Of a stretch of DNA of 64,000 bases, positions 21,643 to 32,760 are shown in pieces. Both the position numbers and the translations under genes were made by a program. The DNA comes from Rubripirellula sp. (GTDB taxonomy: Bacteria; Planctomycetota; Planctomycetia; Pirellulales; Pirellulaceae): the NCBI GenBank assembly GCA_965216875.1, contig OZ244207.1, positions 1,280,001 to 1,344,000 on the forward strand. Direction: 5' to 3'. The notes under the pieces were generated by a model. That model was given only the letters and a program-made list of their open reading frames with translations. It did no database searches and had not been told where the DNA came from. Numbering within the stretch: position 1 is the stretch's first letter; the number at the start of each line of letters is the position of its first letter.

Positions 21643-21808
21643 TTTCTTTCGTGTTTCGCTGTAAAAAGCAGGTTGGCATCCGTTTGCTAGCTAGGCAAGG
21701 CAGGGGCCTGCAGGCTAGCAGAAATTGAGGGCAGATCCGCGAAAGGTCACGGCCTCGAAGAAGGTTGAAATCCGCCTCTGGATGAGTGCCCGAAAGCTAA
21801 ACCAGAAA

Positions 21809-21836
21809 TGTGAAGACTTCATTAAGAGTTTGTGAA
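21809..21836 (-). promoter_or_regulatory. Putative Pho box (three 11-bp-spaced half sites) upstream of pstS
   Basis: The minus strand reads TTCACA-aactc-TTAATG-aagtc-TTCACA with exact 11-nt periodicity, followed by a TAGCTT -10-like hexamer. Confidence 0.7.
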
Positions 21837-21846
21837 TGCAAGCTTT

Positions 21847-23631
21847 TTAGATCCGCGGGAGTCTTACGGTGAAAGTGGTTCCCCTTCCGGGCTCACTTTC
21901 GACATCCACGCGCCCATTAAAAGACTGGGTCAGATGCTTCACAATCGACAGGCCGAGACCGGTCCCGCCCAATTCTCGTGACCGGGCTTTGTCCACGCGA
22001 TAGAACCGCTCGAAAAGGCGGGGCAGGTGTTGCGCAGGGATGCCGATACCGGAATCGCGAACTTCGATCACACCATACTCGGCTTCACCCTTCCAGGCTA
22101 CCGTGATCGATCCCCCTTCGGGAGTGTACTTGATCGCGTTGTTGATCAAGTTGTTGAGGATTTGCCGAACGCCTTCCTCGTCAGCAACGACATTCAGATT
22201 GGGCGTGTGGGCATCGCTGTTGATGGTCAGCCGCTTGGCCGCAACCTGAGCCTGTTGTTGTTTCAAGCAGGAGGTCACCACCTCTTGAACATCGACCGTT
22301 CCGATATCGAACGCTTGCTGGCCGGATTCGATTCGGGCCAGCGATAGGAGGTCGAGAATCAGTTGATGAAGCCGTTCGGCTTGGTCTTCGATGTTCTGGA
22401 CGAACCGGAGTCGATTGTCTCGGTCGTCCAATGCGCCCTGACTGAGCGTTTCTGCGTAGGCTTTGATCGCGCTAAGGGGTGTCTTCAGCTCGTGCGAGAC
22501 GTTGGCAACGAACTCTTGTCGCATCGATTCGAGTCGACGCAGTTCGGTAACGTCTTGAATCACGAGAATGAATCGTGTGGTCGGTTCTTCGGTAAGCAGA
22601 TTGGCGTAGACGCTCAAAGCGCGCGGTTCTTGATCGCCCATTTCGATTTCGACGCGACGCGATTCTTGATCGGCTTGGCACTCGACAAGCGCAGCGTGAA
22701 GCTTGTGACTTCGAACGACTTCGAGCAGTGGTCGGCCCTGTGCGTCCGAGGGCGAAAAACTCATCAATCGGCCCGCTGCTGCGTTGGCCAGCACGACGCG
22801 TTGTCGATCGTCCAGCGAGATCACGCCCTCAGCCATCCCTTCCAGGACGGTGGTCAGGCGTTGGCCGCTTTCGCGCAGCTCCATTTCGCGTGAAGAGAGT
22901 TGGTCGCTCATGCGGTTGAAGCCTCGCGCCAACACGCCAAGTTCATCATGCGAGCGAATGTAGACGCGTTCTCGGTAGTCACCATCAGCGATACTCTCGG
23001 CCGCCGACGTCAGCCTCGTGACGGGCCGAGCGACCGTTGCAGCAACGAAATAGCTGAGGAAAACGACACCTAGGCTAACCAAGGCTCCGACCAGCCAGAT
23101 CAATCGCTTGATCGAGGCCACCTCGGCGCGAATGTCGTCCGTTTGCATCGCAGTCCGAACCAAACCGACCGGTTTCTCGTTGAGGTCGGCCCGAATGGCG
23201 ACGTAAAGCATCGAGCTTTTGAGGGTCGGGCTGATGCGTTCAGAGGTCCCAAACCCGAGCTCTCGAGCGCGCACGAGTTCGACGCGTTGGTGATGGTTTT
23301 CCATCGCTTGGACTTCTGCCAGACCGTCGCGTGACGAATCGGCAAGGACCACACCTTCCATGTCGACCAGCGTGATTCGCGTTTCGACCTCACTGCCGAG
23401 ATGCTTGACCTGTTGCTGCAGTGTGTCGTTGCTGCCATCAGGCAGTGCATCGATGAAGTTGCTTCGCACGAGCCTTGCCGTCGAAGCGAGCTGTTGCTGC
23501 AGCAATGCCTCGACCTGTGACTCCTGCCATCCGCTGACGATCACGACAAACATCACCGTTGCTGCGAGATTCAGCGCGGCGTAGGTGATGAACAGTTTCC
23601 AAAAGAGTCGCGATGACCACACGATAGACAT
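21847..23631 (-). CDS. phoR: Phosphate regulon sensor kinase (HAMP-PAS-HisKA-HATPase)
   Basis: FVANVSHELKTPL, NLINNAIKYT and FERFYRVDKARSRELGGTGLGLSIVKH. Adjacent to the pst operon. Confidence 0.9.
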   Translation of the reverse strand: MSIVWSSRLFWKLFITYAALNLAATVMFVVIVSGWQESQVEALLQQQLASTARLVRSNFIDALPDGSNDTLQQQVKHLGSEVETRITLVDMEGVVLADSSRDGLAEVQAMENHHQRVELVRARELGFGTSERISPTLKSSMLYVAIRADLNEKPVGLVRTAMQTDDIRAEVASIKRLIWLVGALVSLGVVFLSYFVAATVARPVTRLTSAAESIADGDYRERVYIRSHDELGVLARGFNRMSDQLSSREMELRESGQRLTTVLEGMAEGVISLDDRQRVVLANAAAGRLMSFSPSDAQGRPLLEVVRSHKLHAALVECQADQESRRVEIEMGDQEPRALSVYANLLTEEPTTRFILVIQDVTELRRLESMRQEFVANVSHELKTPLSAIKAYAETLSQGALDDRDNRLRFVQNIEDQAERLHQLILDLLSLARIESGQQAFDIGTVDVQEVVTSCLKQQQAQVAAKRLTINSDAHTPNLNVVADEEGVRQILNNLINNAIKYTPEGGSITVAWKGEAEYGVIEVRDSGIGIPAQHLPRLFERFYRVDKARSRELGGTGLGLSIVKHLTQSFNGRVDVESEPGRGTTFTVRLPRI

Positions 23632-23733
23632 CCAGGCAACGAGTCAACTTAGCGTCTGTCGCCTACCTTATTGGATCGGACTGCTACCAGCAATCGGCAG
23701 CACACCCCGTTCACGCAAAGATCATCAATGCAC

Positions 23734-23910
23734 TCATGCTAAGAACATCGACGCCATGACAACGAACGCGATGATCAGCGGCACGACGATGATTCCCGTG
23801 ATCGCATGTGCCAACAGCCCACTTTCGATCGAAGTGTTCGGTTCGGCATCTTCGGTCTTCGGCTCGTTCGTTTCGCCCGGTGGGCGATAGGGGTTTGCTT
23901 CTTCGGCCAT
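23734..23910 (-). CDS. Small single-pass membrane protein with NPYxPP motif
   Basis: MAEEANPYRPP... followed by one C-terminal hydrophobic helix (58 aa). Confidence 0.55.
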   Translation of the reverse strand: MAEEANPYRPPGETNEPKTEDAEPNTSIESGLLAHAITGIIVVPLIIAFVVMASMFLA

Positions 23911-23967
23911 GGGGGCCTCGACCAGGTTTTGGAAAGAGGGGGCGTTGAAACACGCGTTAAAGAGTTT

Positions 23968-24043
23968 GGCGTGTGGCAGCACACGCAAGGATTGGTGCGT
24001 GCAAGCTCACACAAGAATTGGTGCGTGCAAGCACACACCCTAC
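23968..24043. repeat. Short tandem REP-like repeat (GGTGCGTGCAAGCACAC, ~26-nt period)
   Basis: Three degenerate copies ending in CCCTAC (GTAG on the minus strand). Confidence 0.65.
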
Positions 24044-24056
24044 CAAAAGGCTTGGG

Positions 24057-26288
24057 CTAGGCTGGAGTGGGAGCCAAAGATTTGGTGGGGTCGACGATGT
24101 CACGATCGATGCCAACGTAGTCGGCGTCGCTTTCATCGACACGTGGCCGTACCGTTCCAAAGTACAGCAGGCAGGTCACCGCAACACCAATGCTGACCAC
24201 GATCCACATCGGTTGATACGCCGGTCCGGCATCGGTCGAACGCAAGAAGAGCGATGCGCCCTCCCATTGGCTCGAGGCGATGCGTTCCATCGAAACGGAA
24301 AGGGCATTGTTGGTGAAGTGAATCAAGATGCCCGGCAACACACTTCCTGTTCGCAGGGCAATCCAGCCGAGCAAGACACCCATCACCGTCGCGGCGATCG
24401 ATTGCTGGAGCACGCCGTGAGAAACACCAAACAGGATGGCGGTGATCAAGACGGCACGAAGGCGTCCGCGTTCTCGAACCAAGCCACCAAAAATGAAGCC
24501 GCGGAAGGCAAGTTCTTCACAGATCGCAGGGACGAACGCCATCAGGAACAGGACGCTCAACCAAGGTGCGGTCGAGATCTTTTCTGCAAATGGCCGCATC
24601 GCTGCCGCGGCTTGCTCGCTAATCGGGTAGGTGTAGCTGATCCATTCGGCAAGCAGGACATACATCGGATGCAGGGTCACACCGAGCAAAACCGCAAGCG
24701 GCAAGGTTGTCCAGTGCGGCATGCGGATTCGCAAGCTTTGACGCAGTGAGGTGGTCAGTACCGTGGCCATCAACAAAGCAGGAGCCAGGATCAAGCCGAT
24801 TTGCGGCAGCAGGACCATTTGAGCAATCCCACCAAAGCCATCTGGCATCTCGGTCACGGCCAACTTGCCAAAGAAGAGGCCGACCAAGATGATCGCACCA
24901 CAGACAAAGGCTTGCGTCGGTGTCGCGGCAATCTGACGATCACGCCAAAGGTGTTTGACCCAGCTGCTGAGTTCCCATTGGTCGCCGCCGCCGAAGAGGA
25001 CTTTTTCTTCTTCGAATTGACGTCGGGCCCAAGAGACGGCCAGCCACAAGCATCCCGTTGTCACGCCAGCGACGATTGGCAGGTGCCACAGGGCCAAGCC
25101 GTACTGGCCTTCGACCAGAGCGCGAACCAAAAGGAACATTCCCGTGACAGGAATCAGGCTGGTTCCGGCAGTCAACGTTGTGCCAGGTAGCATCGGTAGC
25201 AGTACCAACGGCAACGTGACCATCATCAATGGCATCAAGTAGTATTGACCTTCCTTGCTACTTCGGGCCATCGCGGCAACCGAAAGTGCCAGAGCACTGA
25301 AGAGTGCCGATAGGGGCACCAGTGCAACGAGCAACCAAAGCATCGGAGCGATGGGTGGAGCGCCGATGCCGCCTTCGCCCCCAACGCCCATCTGTCGAAA
25401 GACGAACGAACTGGTGACGAGCATGCTGCTGGCGTTTAGCAATGCCGTCAACATGCTGAAGGTGGTTACGGCACCAAGCTTGCCCCAAACGATTTCGCTG
25501 CGTAGGGCAGGGCTGCAAAGAAGTGTTTCGAGTGTCCCGCGTTCTTTTTCGCCAGCAACCAAGTCGATGGCTGGATAGAACGCTCCGGTCATCGCCCAAA
25601 CGAGCATGATGAACGGAAGGAGTTTGCTCCAGAAAGCGGCTTCGCGCGTTTGATTGGGCGCGATGTCGATGTCGCTCAGCTTGAAGGGCTCGAGCATTTC
25701 AATGTCGATGCCCGAGTTGGTCAAGCGATCTTGAATCCAGCCATTACGCCATTGACTCAATAATCGCCCAACGCGGTCTCGTGCGACCATCGATTGGTCG
25801 GATGCCACGTTGTAAAGCAGTTGGACCGATGCGGCTTCGTCTGTCAGACGTGCATCGACATCGGTGAATTTGGGCGGCACGATCACGACCGCGTCAAACG
25901 TTCCTTCGCGAACCCACTGCGACGTTTGTTCTTCAATATTGCCTTTCCTGAACTCGTCCCATCGATGGGTGATCAGTTCAAGCGGGTCGGTCTCGCCCAA
26001 GCTGCTGGCAAACCGATCGTCTTCGATCAGGATGGGAGCATTGGTCAGGTGTTCGGTTCCGACAACACAAACCGAAGTGGGGTGTTGCCGAGTGAATTGA
26101 GCGATTTGTAGCAGGAGCGTTCCAACCAGCGGGTACAGCAAGATTGGAAGCACAGCGATCGTGAACAGCGTTCGGCGATCACGCAATTGATCGCGCATTT
26201 CTCGCAGGTAGATCAACCAGATCGCTGACAATCTTGGCTTGCCAGACTGGCGTGCCAGGCGTCGCTTCTCTTCGGAGGACAAGCTCAT
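24057..26288 (-). CDS. ABC-2 permease fused to CPBP/CAAX (Abi) intramembrane protease (NatB-like)
   Basis: [13 protein letters not shown] permease motif. C-terminal [12 protein letters not shown] and HFTNN CPBP motifs. Confidence 0.9.
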   Translation of the reverse strand: MSLSSEEKRRLARQSGKPRLSAIWLIYLREMRDQLRDRRTLFTIAVLPILLYPLVGTLLLQIAQFTRQHPTSVCVVGTEHLTNAPILIEDDRFASSLGETDPLELITHRWDEFRKGNIEEQTSQWVREGTFDAVVIVPPKFTDVDARLTDEAASVQLLYNVASDQSMVARDRVGRLLSQWRNGWIQDRLTNSGIDIEMLEPFKLSDIDIAPNQTREAAFWSKLLPFIMLVWAMTGAFYPAIDLVAGEKERGTLETLLCSPALRSEIVWGKLGAVTTFSMLTALLNASSMLVTSSFVFRQMGVGGEGGIGAPPIAPMLWLLVALVPLSALFSALALSVAAMARSSKEGQYYLMPLMMVTLPLVLLPMLPGTTLTAGTSLIPVTGMFLLVRALVEGQYGLALWHLPIVAGVTTGCLWLAVSWARRQFEEEKVLFGGGDQWELSSWVKHLWRDRQIAATPTQAFVCGAIILVGLFFGKLAVTEMPDGFGGIAQMVLLPQIGLILAPALLMATVLTTSLRQSLRIRMPHWTTLPLAVLLGVTLHPMYVLLAEWISYTYPISEQAAAAMRPFAEKISTAPWLSVLFLMAFVPAICEELAFRGFIFGGLVRERGRLRAVLITAILFGVSHGVLQQSIAATVMGVLLGWIALRTGSVLPGILIHFTNNALSVSMERIASSQWEGASLFLRSTDAGPAYQPMWIVVSIGVAVTCLLYFGTVRPRVDESDADYVGIDRDIVDPTKSLAPTPA

Positions 26289-27085
26289 TGGGCACCTCCA
26301 GATAGTAGAAGTGCCTCTTCGCTTTCCATCGTGTGTTCGTCTTCTGCCAATTCGTGGCGACTGAGCAATCCGAAGAACAGCTCTTCAAAGTCGCGTTCGC
26401 TGTGGCGTGAGCGGAGTTCGGTGAGTGTTCCGCTATCGAGGATTCGGCCGCGATACATGATGGCGATGCGGTCGCAAAGTCGTTCGACTTCGCTCATGAT
26501 GTGCGTCGAAAAGATCAAGCACTTGCCGGCTTCGCGAAGTGATCGAATCACGGAAAGCAAGTTACGTGCAACAAGGACATCGAGGCCGAGTGTGGCTTCG
26601 TCAAAGACGAGCACCGGTGGGTCGTGTACCAAGGCGCGGGCGATGGAAACCTTTTGTTTCATCCCGGTCGACATCTTCGAACCGGGCACGTCGCGAAAGT
26701 CGTTCATTCGCAACTGGTCAAACAGGTTTTCAAGTCTGTCTTTGAGGTGCTTGGCGGACATGCCATGCAGGCGACCAAAGTATTCGACCAGTTCCCAGGC
26801 CGTCATGCGGTCGTAGATGGCTGTGTTGTTGGAGACGAATCCGATGCGTCGTCGTACTTCTGCGGGGTCTGTGACGACGTCGTAGCCACCCACGGTTGCG
26901 ATGCCGCTGGTTGGCGAAAGCACGGTGCTCAAGATTCGTAGCACGGTTGTCTTTCCCGCGCCATTGGGGCCAAGCAGGCCAAAGATCTCACCGGGCCGAA
27001 CGGTGAAGGAAATGCGATCGACAGCGACGAAGGGTCCTCGTTGGACGTCCTCGTAGGTCTTCGTCAGATGTTGAACTTGAATCAT
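26285..27085 (-). CDS. ABC transporter ATP-binding protein (NatA-like)
   Basis: [28 protein letters not shown] and STHIMSE. Start trimmed to MIQVQ. Confidence 0.9.
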   Translation of the reverse strand: MIQVQHLTKTYEDVQRGPFVAVDRISFTVRPGEIFGLLGPNGAGKTTVLRILSTVLSPTSGIATVGGYDVVTDPAEVRRRIGFVSNNTAIYDRMTAWELVEYFGRLHGMSAKHLKDRLENLFDQLRMNDFRDVPGSKMSTGMKQKVSIARALVHDPPVLVFDEATLGLDVLVARNLLSVIRSLREAGKCLIFSTHIMSEVERLCDRIAIMYRGRILDSGTLTELRSRHSERDFEELFFGLLSRHELAEDEHTMESEEALLLSGGAQ

Positions 27086-27318
27086 GCCGTCGTGCTTGGT
27101 GTGGGCCGCTTCGTCAGAGACGCGCCACCACATACCACGTGCGCCGGTTGTTCCGGTAATGTGGGCGCATCGGAAGCGATCTCTATCGGACACTAGCCCG
27201 CCATTAGGCCCCAGGCGGGTCGCACGACTAAAGAACTGGAGGAAACCAGCAGAGGGGACCGGACTAACCGGCAATCGCTGCAAATCTTTGCGAGCGACGA
27301 AGTTTTCGAGGTCGTTTG

Positions 27319-28626
27319 CTAATCTTTGACTCGCAATCGCACGACTTCGCCACTAACGGCTTCAAGCTGCTGGATCTCTTCGGTCGCTGCTTTGGCCGCG
27401 CCATCGGTTGCTTCGTGAGTCATGACGACCAGCGGAACCAGGCCTTCGTTGTCGCCTGATCCGGTGCTCTCATGTTGAATCACCGAAGCGATGGAAATGC
27501 GATGTTTGGCCAGGACGGCGGTGATGGCGGCGAGCGTGCCGGGGTGGTTGGCTACCTTCAAACGGAAGTAGAAACGACCTTTCAGTGTGTCGGCGTCACG
27601 CAGGATGACGCGTGGCGGCTGGTCGCTCGAAAAATACTCGAGCGTTTCGAACGTCAATCGTGTTCGGCCCACCGCGGTGTCGATCAAATCAGCGACGACG
27701 GCAGAGGCGGTCGGCATTTGGCCGGCACCGAGTCCGTGATAAAAGACCGGGCCTACCGCGTCACCGACGGCGCGAATGGCATTGAACGCGTCGCGGACTT
27801 CGGCGAGTGGTGTCCCGATGGGAACAAGCGTCGGAGCGACCGACAATTCGAGACCGTCCTCGGCAAGTTCGGCGACGGCGAGCAGCTTGATGCGATAGTC
27901 GAGTTCACGAGCGTAACGCAAATCGCTCGGGTCCAGATTGTCGATCCCTTGCCGCGGGATTTCGGACCAATCGGCGGTGGCGCCGAATGCCAAGTGCGCA
28001 AGGATCGCAAGTTTTTGAGCAGCATCGGTGCCGTCAACGTCCATGGTCGGATCGGCTTCGGCATAGCCGAGTTCTTGGGCGAGGCGAACGACGTCGGCGT
28101 ACTCGGCGCCCTTTTCATCCATCTGTGAGACGATGAAGTTGCTTGTTCCGTTGAGGATCCCTTCGAGCGAAACGATCTGATTCGCAGACAGGCATTGGCT
28201 GATGTTGGCGATGATCGGAATCCCACCTGCGACCGATGCTTCGAAGGCGATGGTGCGGCCGAGTTGTCGTGCTCGGGTAAAGAGCTCGGGGCCGTGTTCG
28301 GCGAGCAACGCCTTGTTGGCGGTCACGATGTCTTTGCCCGATTCGAGCAACTGGAGCATGATCGACCGGGCTGGTTCGAGGCCGCCAATCAGCTGGGCGA
28401 CCACAGTGATGTCGTCATCGTTGATGACATCTTCGACCGACTCGGTCAGGACGCCCTCGGGGACGTCAACGTCCCGCGGCTTGTTGAGGTCGCGCACGAC
28501 GGCCTTTTTCAGCCACATCGTCCGCCCAGCATGTCGGGCGGTGCGGTCGCCATGATCAAGCAATAACTTGGCAACGCCCGTTCCGACGGTGCCCATTCCC
28601 ACGATAGCTACGTTTGTCTTTTCCAT
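27319..28626 (-). CDS. hom: Homoserine dehydrogenase with C-terminal ACT domain
   Basis: [40 protein letters not shown] and [11 protein letters not shown]. Confidence 0.96.
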   Translation of the reverse strand: MEKTNVAIVGMGTVGTGVAKLLLDHGDRTARHAGRTMWLKKAVVRDLNKPRDVDVPEGVLTESVEDVINDDDITVVAQLIGGLEPARSIMLQLLESGKDIVTANKALLAEHGPELFTRARQLGRTIAFEASVAGGIPIIANISQCLSANQIVSLEGILNGTSNFIVSQMDEKGAEYADVVRLAQELGYAEADPTMDVDGTDAAQKLAILAHLAFGATADWSEIPRQGIDNLDPSDLRYARELDYRIKLLAVAELAEDGLELSVAPTLVPIGTPLAEVRDAFNAIRAVGDAVGPVFYHGLGAGQMPTASAVVADLIDTAVGRTRLTFETLEYFSSDQPPRVILRDADTLKGRFYFRLKVANHPGTLAAITAVLAKHRISIASVIQHESTGSGDNEGLVPLVVMTHEATDGAAKAATEEIQQLEAVSGEVVRLRVKD

Positions 28627-28808
28627 GACGGAGAATCGTAGCTGGAACGATTGAAAAGGACGAGGTGGGTGGGGGCATTTTCACAGCCGCCAGCCACGCG
28701 GCGGGCCAGATCGGCCAAACGCCACGAATCGAGTCGGTGGGCCAAAAGGACGGCCCCCGCCGGTAGGCGCAATTCGGCCATGCCGGTCGGCAGTATCAGG
28801 AAGAGCCG

Positions 28809-29906
28809 TTAGGCAGCGCGGCGTGTTTGGTGGATTCGGCGACTTGCTGCTTCGACCCGTTCTCGGACCATCGCGTGAGGCCCGATTTCGGTGGTGCCTG
28901 CGTTGGCGTACCACGCTCGTTGATCGATCGACTGCAAGACTTGTTCGGCGACGGCGACGGCTCGCGCTCCCGAGGCACCATCGACGGTCGGCGAAATCCC
29001 TGTTTGAATGCTGATCACAAAATCATGCAGTTCGTCCAGGATCGCGTTTCGAGGTTCGAGCTCGAGTGTCTCGCAGCGAAGTCGGCTGCTAAAGAGTTGG
29101 TCCTTGTAACTCAGCGGATCATCCGTATCGCTGGTCAGGTCGAACGAACGATCGACAACCGTTTCGCATGGACGCACGACCGACAGCGCTGGGGCTCCGA
29201 AGTCGATATCGGCAAAGCCGTTGCTGCCGAACACCTGCATCTGACGCGCTGGCGCGGGGCTGACGCGGGATGCTTTGAGGTTGGCGACCATGCCGCATTC
29301 GAATTCGATCCGCGTCTCGGCTAGGTCGTCGTGGCTGCTGATCAATGCCACACCGCTGCTTGAGATCGACTTGACGGAAGCATCGGTCATCGAAAGAACG
29401 AGGTCGATGTCGTGAATCATCAAGTCCATCACGACGCCAACGTCCAGGCAGCGTCCCGGGAAGCTTGAGGCGCGAACGGCTTCGACGTACTTGACGTCGA
29501 CGGCCAGTTCTTCGAGTGCCGTGAAGGCTGGATTGAAGCGTTCGACGTGGCCCACTTGAAGTGTGAGCTGCCGAGATGCCGCAAGCATCGCGATGCGCTG
29601 TGCATCGGCCGCGGCAACGGTCAACGGCTTTTCAACAAGCAAGTGCTTGCCAGCTTTGATCAATGTTTTGGCGATGTCGGCGTGGTAATCCGTTGGTGCG
29701 GCAATGATCGCTGCGTCAATGTCGTCGATGCAATCACGGTAGTCCGCATGCGTTGGCACCGAAAAGAGTTTTGCAGCATTGTCACGGGCTGCTTCGACGG
29801 GGTCGCTGATGGCGACCAGTTCCGCACCATCAACTTGCCCGAGTAGTTTGGCGTGGATACGACCGAGGTGGCCGGCACCGATGACTGCGATTTTGAGACG
29901 GCTCAT
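28809..29906 (-). CDS. Gfo/Idh/MocA oxidoreductase, GnnA-like (UDP-GlcNAc 3-dehydrogenase candidate)
   Basis: GAGHLG, EKP, QVGHVERFNPA and DLMIHDID. Overlaps the lpxA stop. Confidence 0.85.
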   Translation of the reverse strand: MSRLKIAVIGAGHLGRIHAKLLGQVDGAELVAISDPVEAARDNAAKLFSVPTHADYRDCIDDIDAAIIAAPTDYHADIAKTLIKAGKHLLVEKPLTVAAADAQRIAMLAASRQLTLQVGHVERFNPAFTALEELAVDVKYVEAVRASSFPGRCLDVGVVMDLMIHDIDLVLSMTDASVKSISSSGVALISSHDDLAETRIEFECGMVANLKASRVSPAPARQMQVFGSNGFADIDFGAPALSVVRPCETVVDRSFDLTSDTDDPLSYKDQLFSSRLRCETLELEPRNAILDELHDFVISIQTGISPTVDGASGARAVAVAEQVLQSIDQRAWYANAGTTEIGPHAMVRERVEAASRRIHQTRRAA

Positions 29907-30712
29907 GCTGCGTTCCTCCGATCACGTCCGCGACCGTGGCGACCACCGCTGGTGTGATCAATGAAGTCGAACAAATGTTTCAATACGGGGCGGATCGGAC
30001 CGCTTTCCAGTAGTTCTTGTCGTGCTGCTTGGACACCAACGCGTGCTCGGTAAAGAAGCTTGTAGGCTTTCGAGACCGCTTGTACGTCGTCGTGTGGGAA
30101 GTCGTGGCGTTTGAGCCCGACGACGTTTGCTGCACGAGGTTTGGCGGGTTGGCCGTCAACAATCATGTAGGGAGGCACGTCGTGAAGCACGCGACTCATT
30201 GCGCTGATGAACGCCAATTGGCCGATCGATGCGAAATGGTGAACGCCGACGCCGCCGGCGATGGTGACGTCGTTGGCGATATGGACGTGTCCGCCGAGCA
30301 TGCCGTTGTTGGCCATCACAATGCGGTCGCCGAGGTGGCAATCATGCGCGATGTGGCCACCGACCATGAAGTAGTTGTTGTCGCCGATTCGGGTGACGCC
30401 CTCTTCCTTTTCTGTGCCGCGATGGACGGTACAGTTTTCTCGGAAGGTGTTGCAGTCACCGATTTCGACACGCGTGGGAGCGTCGCGGTAGCCCGTGTCC
30501 TGAGGATGGGCACCGATCACGCAACCTGGAAATAGGTGGTTGTTGCAGCCGATCGAGGTGATACCTGAGATGACGACGTGATCTTCGATGATCGTGTCGT
30601 CGCCGATGGTGGCGTCAGGTCCGATCACGCAGAAGTGACCGATGCGAACGTTGTTGCCGATGTTGGCCCGAGGGTCGACAACGGCGGTCTGTGCAATGGC
30701 AGGATTACTCAT
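29903..30712 (-). CDS. lpxA: Acyl-ACP--UDP-N-acetylglucosamine acyltransferase
   Basis: Hexapeptide repeats, PQD, FRENCTVHRGT, HIAHDC, LGGHV and DVPPY. Confidence 0.95.
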   Translation of the reverse strand: MSNPAIAQTAVVDPRANIGNNVRIGHFCVIGPDATIGDDTIIEDHVVISGITSIGCNNHLFPGCVIGAHPQDTGYRDAPTRVEIGDCNTFRENCTVHRGTEKEEGVTRIGDNNYFMVGGHIAHDCHLGDRIVMANNGMLGGHVHIANDVTIAGGVGVHHFASIGQLAFISAMSRVLHDVPPYMIVDGQPAKPRAANVVGLKRHDFPHDDVQAVSKAYKLLYRARVGVQAARQELLESGPIRPVLKHLFDFIDHTSGGRHGRGRDRRNAA

Positions 30713-30802
30713 GATGTCTCCGGCAAAACAGTGCGGGGGTGTTTTTGCCAAAAAAGGGACAGACACTTTTTCCGAGGAAAAGGAGTCGTGGCACCTTTTT
30801 CG

Positions 30803-31699
30803 TCACGCGGCTCTTCGAGACTGGCTCGAGTGAGTCGCGTTGGTTGTTTGGTTGGCGGCGAGTTCGGCAAGGTGGCTGGCCATCTTGCCGTTCAATTTGT
30901 GTCCGCCTCGAAACGAAACAAAATTTCCGACCAGGTCGATTCCCGCCAGCGCGAGGTCACCGATCAAGTCGAGCGTTTTGTGTCTTGCGCACTCGTTGGT
31001 GTAACGGTATTCGTTATCAATCGGTCCTTCCGGTCCGATCACCAGCAAGTCTTGGTTGGATACGTGACTGGCAACGCCGGTGGCGCGAATCTCGTTGGCT
31101 TGCGCCTCGGTCACGAAGGTGCGTGCTGGAGCGACTTCGCGCGAAAACCTTCGCGGTGTCAGCTCGACGCGGTAATTCTGGTTTGGGATGGGCGACGGCC
31201 CATCGAAGCTCAGTTGGTATTCGAAGGTGGAGCGATTGCCACGCAGCGGGCTCGCTTCGATCCACCCGTCGACGCCACCGATGCGAATGTTTTGTTGGAT
31301 GAACAAGGTCGGTCGCGACTTGGCTTGCACGATCAGACCAGCGTGGCGAAGCGCATCGACAATGGCTTTGCTGCTGCCGTCGAGTCCTGGAAGCTCCTCG
31401 CCATCGATTTCGACAATGCAGTTGTCGATTTCGAGTGCGTACAGAGCGGCCATCAGGTGTTCGACCATCTGGAATTGTGCGTCGCCGCTATGAAGGTTGG
31501 TTCGCAGCGAAGCGTCTTGTCGCTGAGAAACATGTGCGGCGCATTCGGGCGAACCGTCGAGATCGGTTCGCACGAGTTTGACTCCCGTGCCACTTTGGGC
31601 GGGATGAATCGCAACGCTGACTTCTTGGCCAGTCCAATACCCTTTTCCTGAGAAAGAGCACGAAGCTGCGATCGTGTGTTCGTTGCGTGAAGTGATCAC
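30803..31699 (-). CDS. lpxC: UDP-3-O-acyl-N-acetylglucosamine deacetylase
   Basis: VEHLMAAL, DGSS, APARTF, RHKTLDLIGDL and GGHKLN. GTG start after a GGAGG RBS. Confidence 0.93.
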   Translation of the reverse strand: MITSRNEHTIAASCSFSGKGYWTGQEVSVAIHPAQSGTGVKLVRTDLDGSPECAAHVSQRQDASLRTNLHSGDAQFQMVEHLMAALYALEIDNCIVEIDGEELPGLDGSSKAIVDALRHAGLIVQAKSRPTLFIQQNIRIGGVDGWIEASPLRGNRSTFEYQLSFDGPSPIPNQNYRVELTPRRFSREVAPARTFVTEAQANEIRATGVASHVSNQDLLVIGPEGPIDNEYRYTNECARHKTLDLIGDLALAGIDLVGNFVSFRGGHKLNGKMASHLAELAANQTTNATHSSQSRRAA

Positions 31700-31870
31700 G
31701 CTGCGGCCTCCCTGCCGTCCAGCCGACAAATCCTTCTGTCGGCATTGTGATGCGTGAACGTCTCGGTCAATCGGACCAGGACATAAATTGGATAGGTTTC
31801 GCCGCAGAATGCGGCGTCACAGACAAGTCCGTAACGCCGCGATGAGATCTGGAGCGGATCGGATTGGCAA

Positions 31871-32482
31871 TTATTTGCGAGCGGGAGTTCCGCCAGCAAC
31901 CTCGACACCCTTCATGGTTTGGTCAAGGTATTGCATCACGCCTTTGGTCATGTCCAGGGCGTCGTCGTGATAAACGACACTCTTCATCACGCCACGGATC
32001 ACCGTGTCGCCTTGATCACGATCCATTTCTTCGCTGTTGTAACGAAGAACCAGATTGATCTTGTAGTGTTGAGCCAAGAACTTCACACCGGAAGCGATGC
32101 GTTGGTAGTTCTCGAAGTAGATCTTGGCTTCTGCGTCGCCAAGTTCTTTGCGTTTTCGGTTCATGTCCAAACGCAACTTCGATTCCATCGAAGCGACCAA
32201 CTCTTCTTGTTGTGAGTAGGCGGCGGTGCCTACTTTCAACGTTTTCAGTTGAGCTGCCGCGTCTTGAAGTTCCTGACGCTTCTTCGTCAACTCGGCGTCG
32301 TAAGCCTTCAGCTCGGATTCGACCTTGCTGACCTGGGCTTTGATGCCGGGATGGTTCTTGAAGATGTAGGCAACGTCGACAACCGCTACTCGGTGATAGT
32401 CTTCAGCCGATGCAGTGACGGGTGCCAGTGCAGATAGAGTAACCAAGGCCATACCAATGGCCACTTTGCCGATAAATCGCAC
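31871..32482 (-). CDS. skp: OmpH/Skp periplasmic chaperone
   Basis: Signal peptide, VAVVDV, coiled-coil body and LDMT. Directly upstream of lpxC. Confidence 0.8.
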   Translation of the reverse strand: MRFIGKVAIGMALVTLSALAPVTASAEDYHRVAVVDVAYIFKNHPGIKAQVSKVESELKAYDAELTKKRQELQDAAAQLKTLKVGTAAYSQQEELVASMESKLRLDMNRKRKELGDAEAKIYFENYQRIASGVKFLAQHYKINLVLRYNSEEMDRDQGDTVIRGVMKSVVYHDDALDMTKGVMQYLDQTMKGVEVAGGTPARK

Positions 32483-32760
32483 GTCCGCTCTCCTTGCGTA
32501 ATGGGTGCGCTTCCAATCTCTGACGATCATGCGTTCAAGTCGAACATTCGGCGTCCGTCGCCGAAATCCAAGGCATGTTTCGCCGTCACCGGAGGTTGCT
32601 CCGATGACTCGATCGCTCGGGATTGTGTCACCACTTGGCGTGGGCGTAAAGGTTGATCATGACCGAACACGGTGCTCGGTAAAAACTTTTCGGAAAAACA
32701 TGGTCCCCGGCGGCTAGCCGCTTGTTGGCACAACGATTCGTTATCGAAACGCCAACATGT

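Noticed and set aside
23968..24043. Possible mini-CRISPR
   Set aside because: The period is only ~26 nt with no spacer-length unique sequence, and it is GTAG-capped like a REP.
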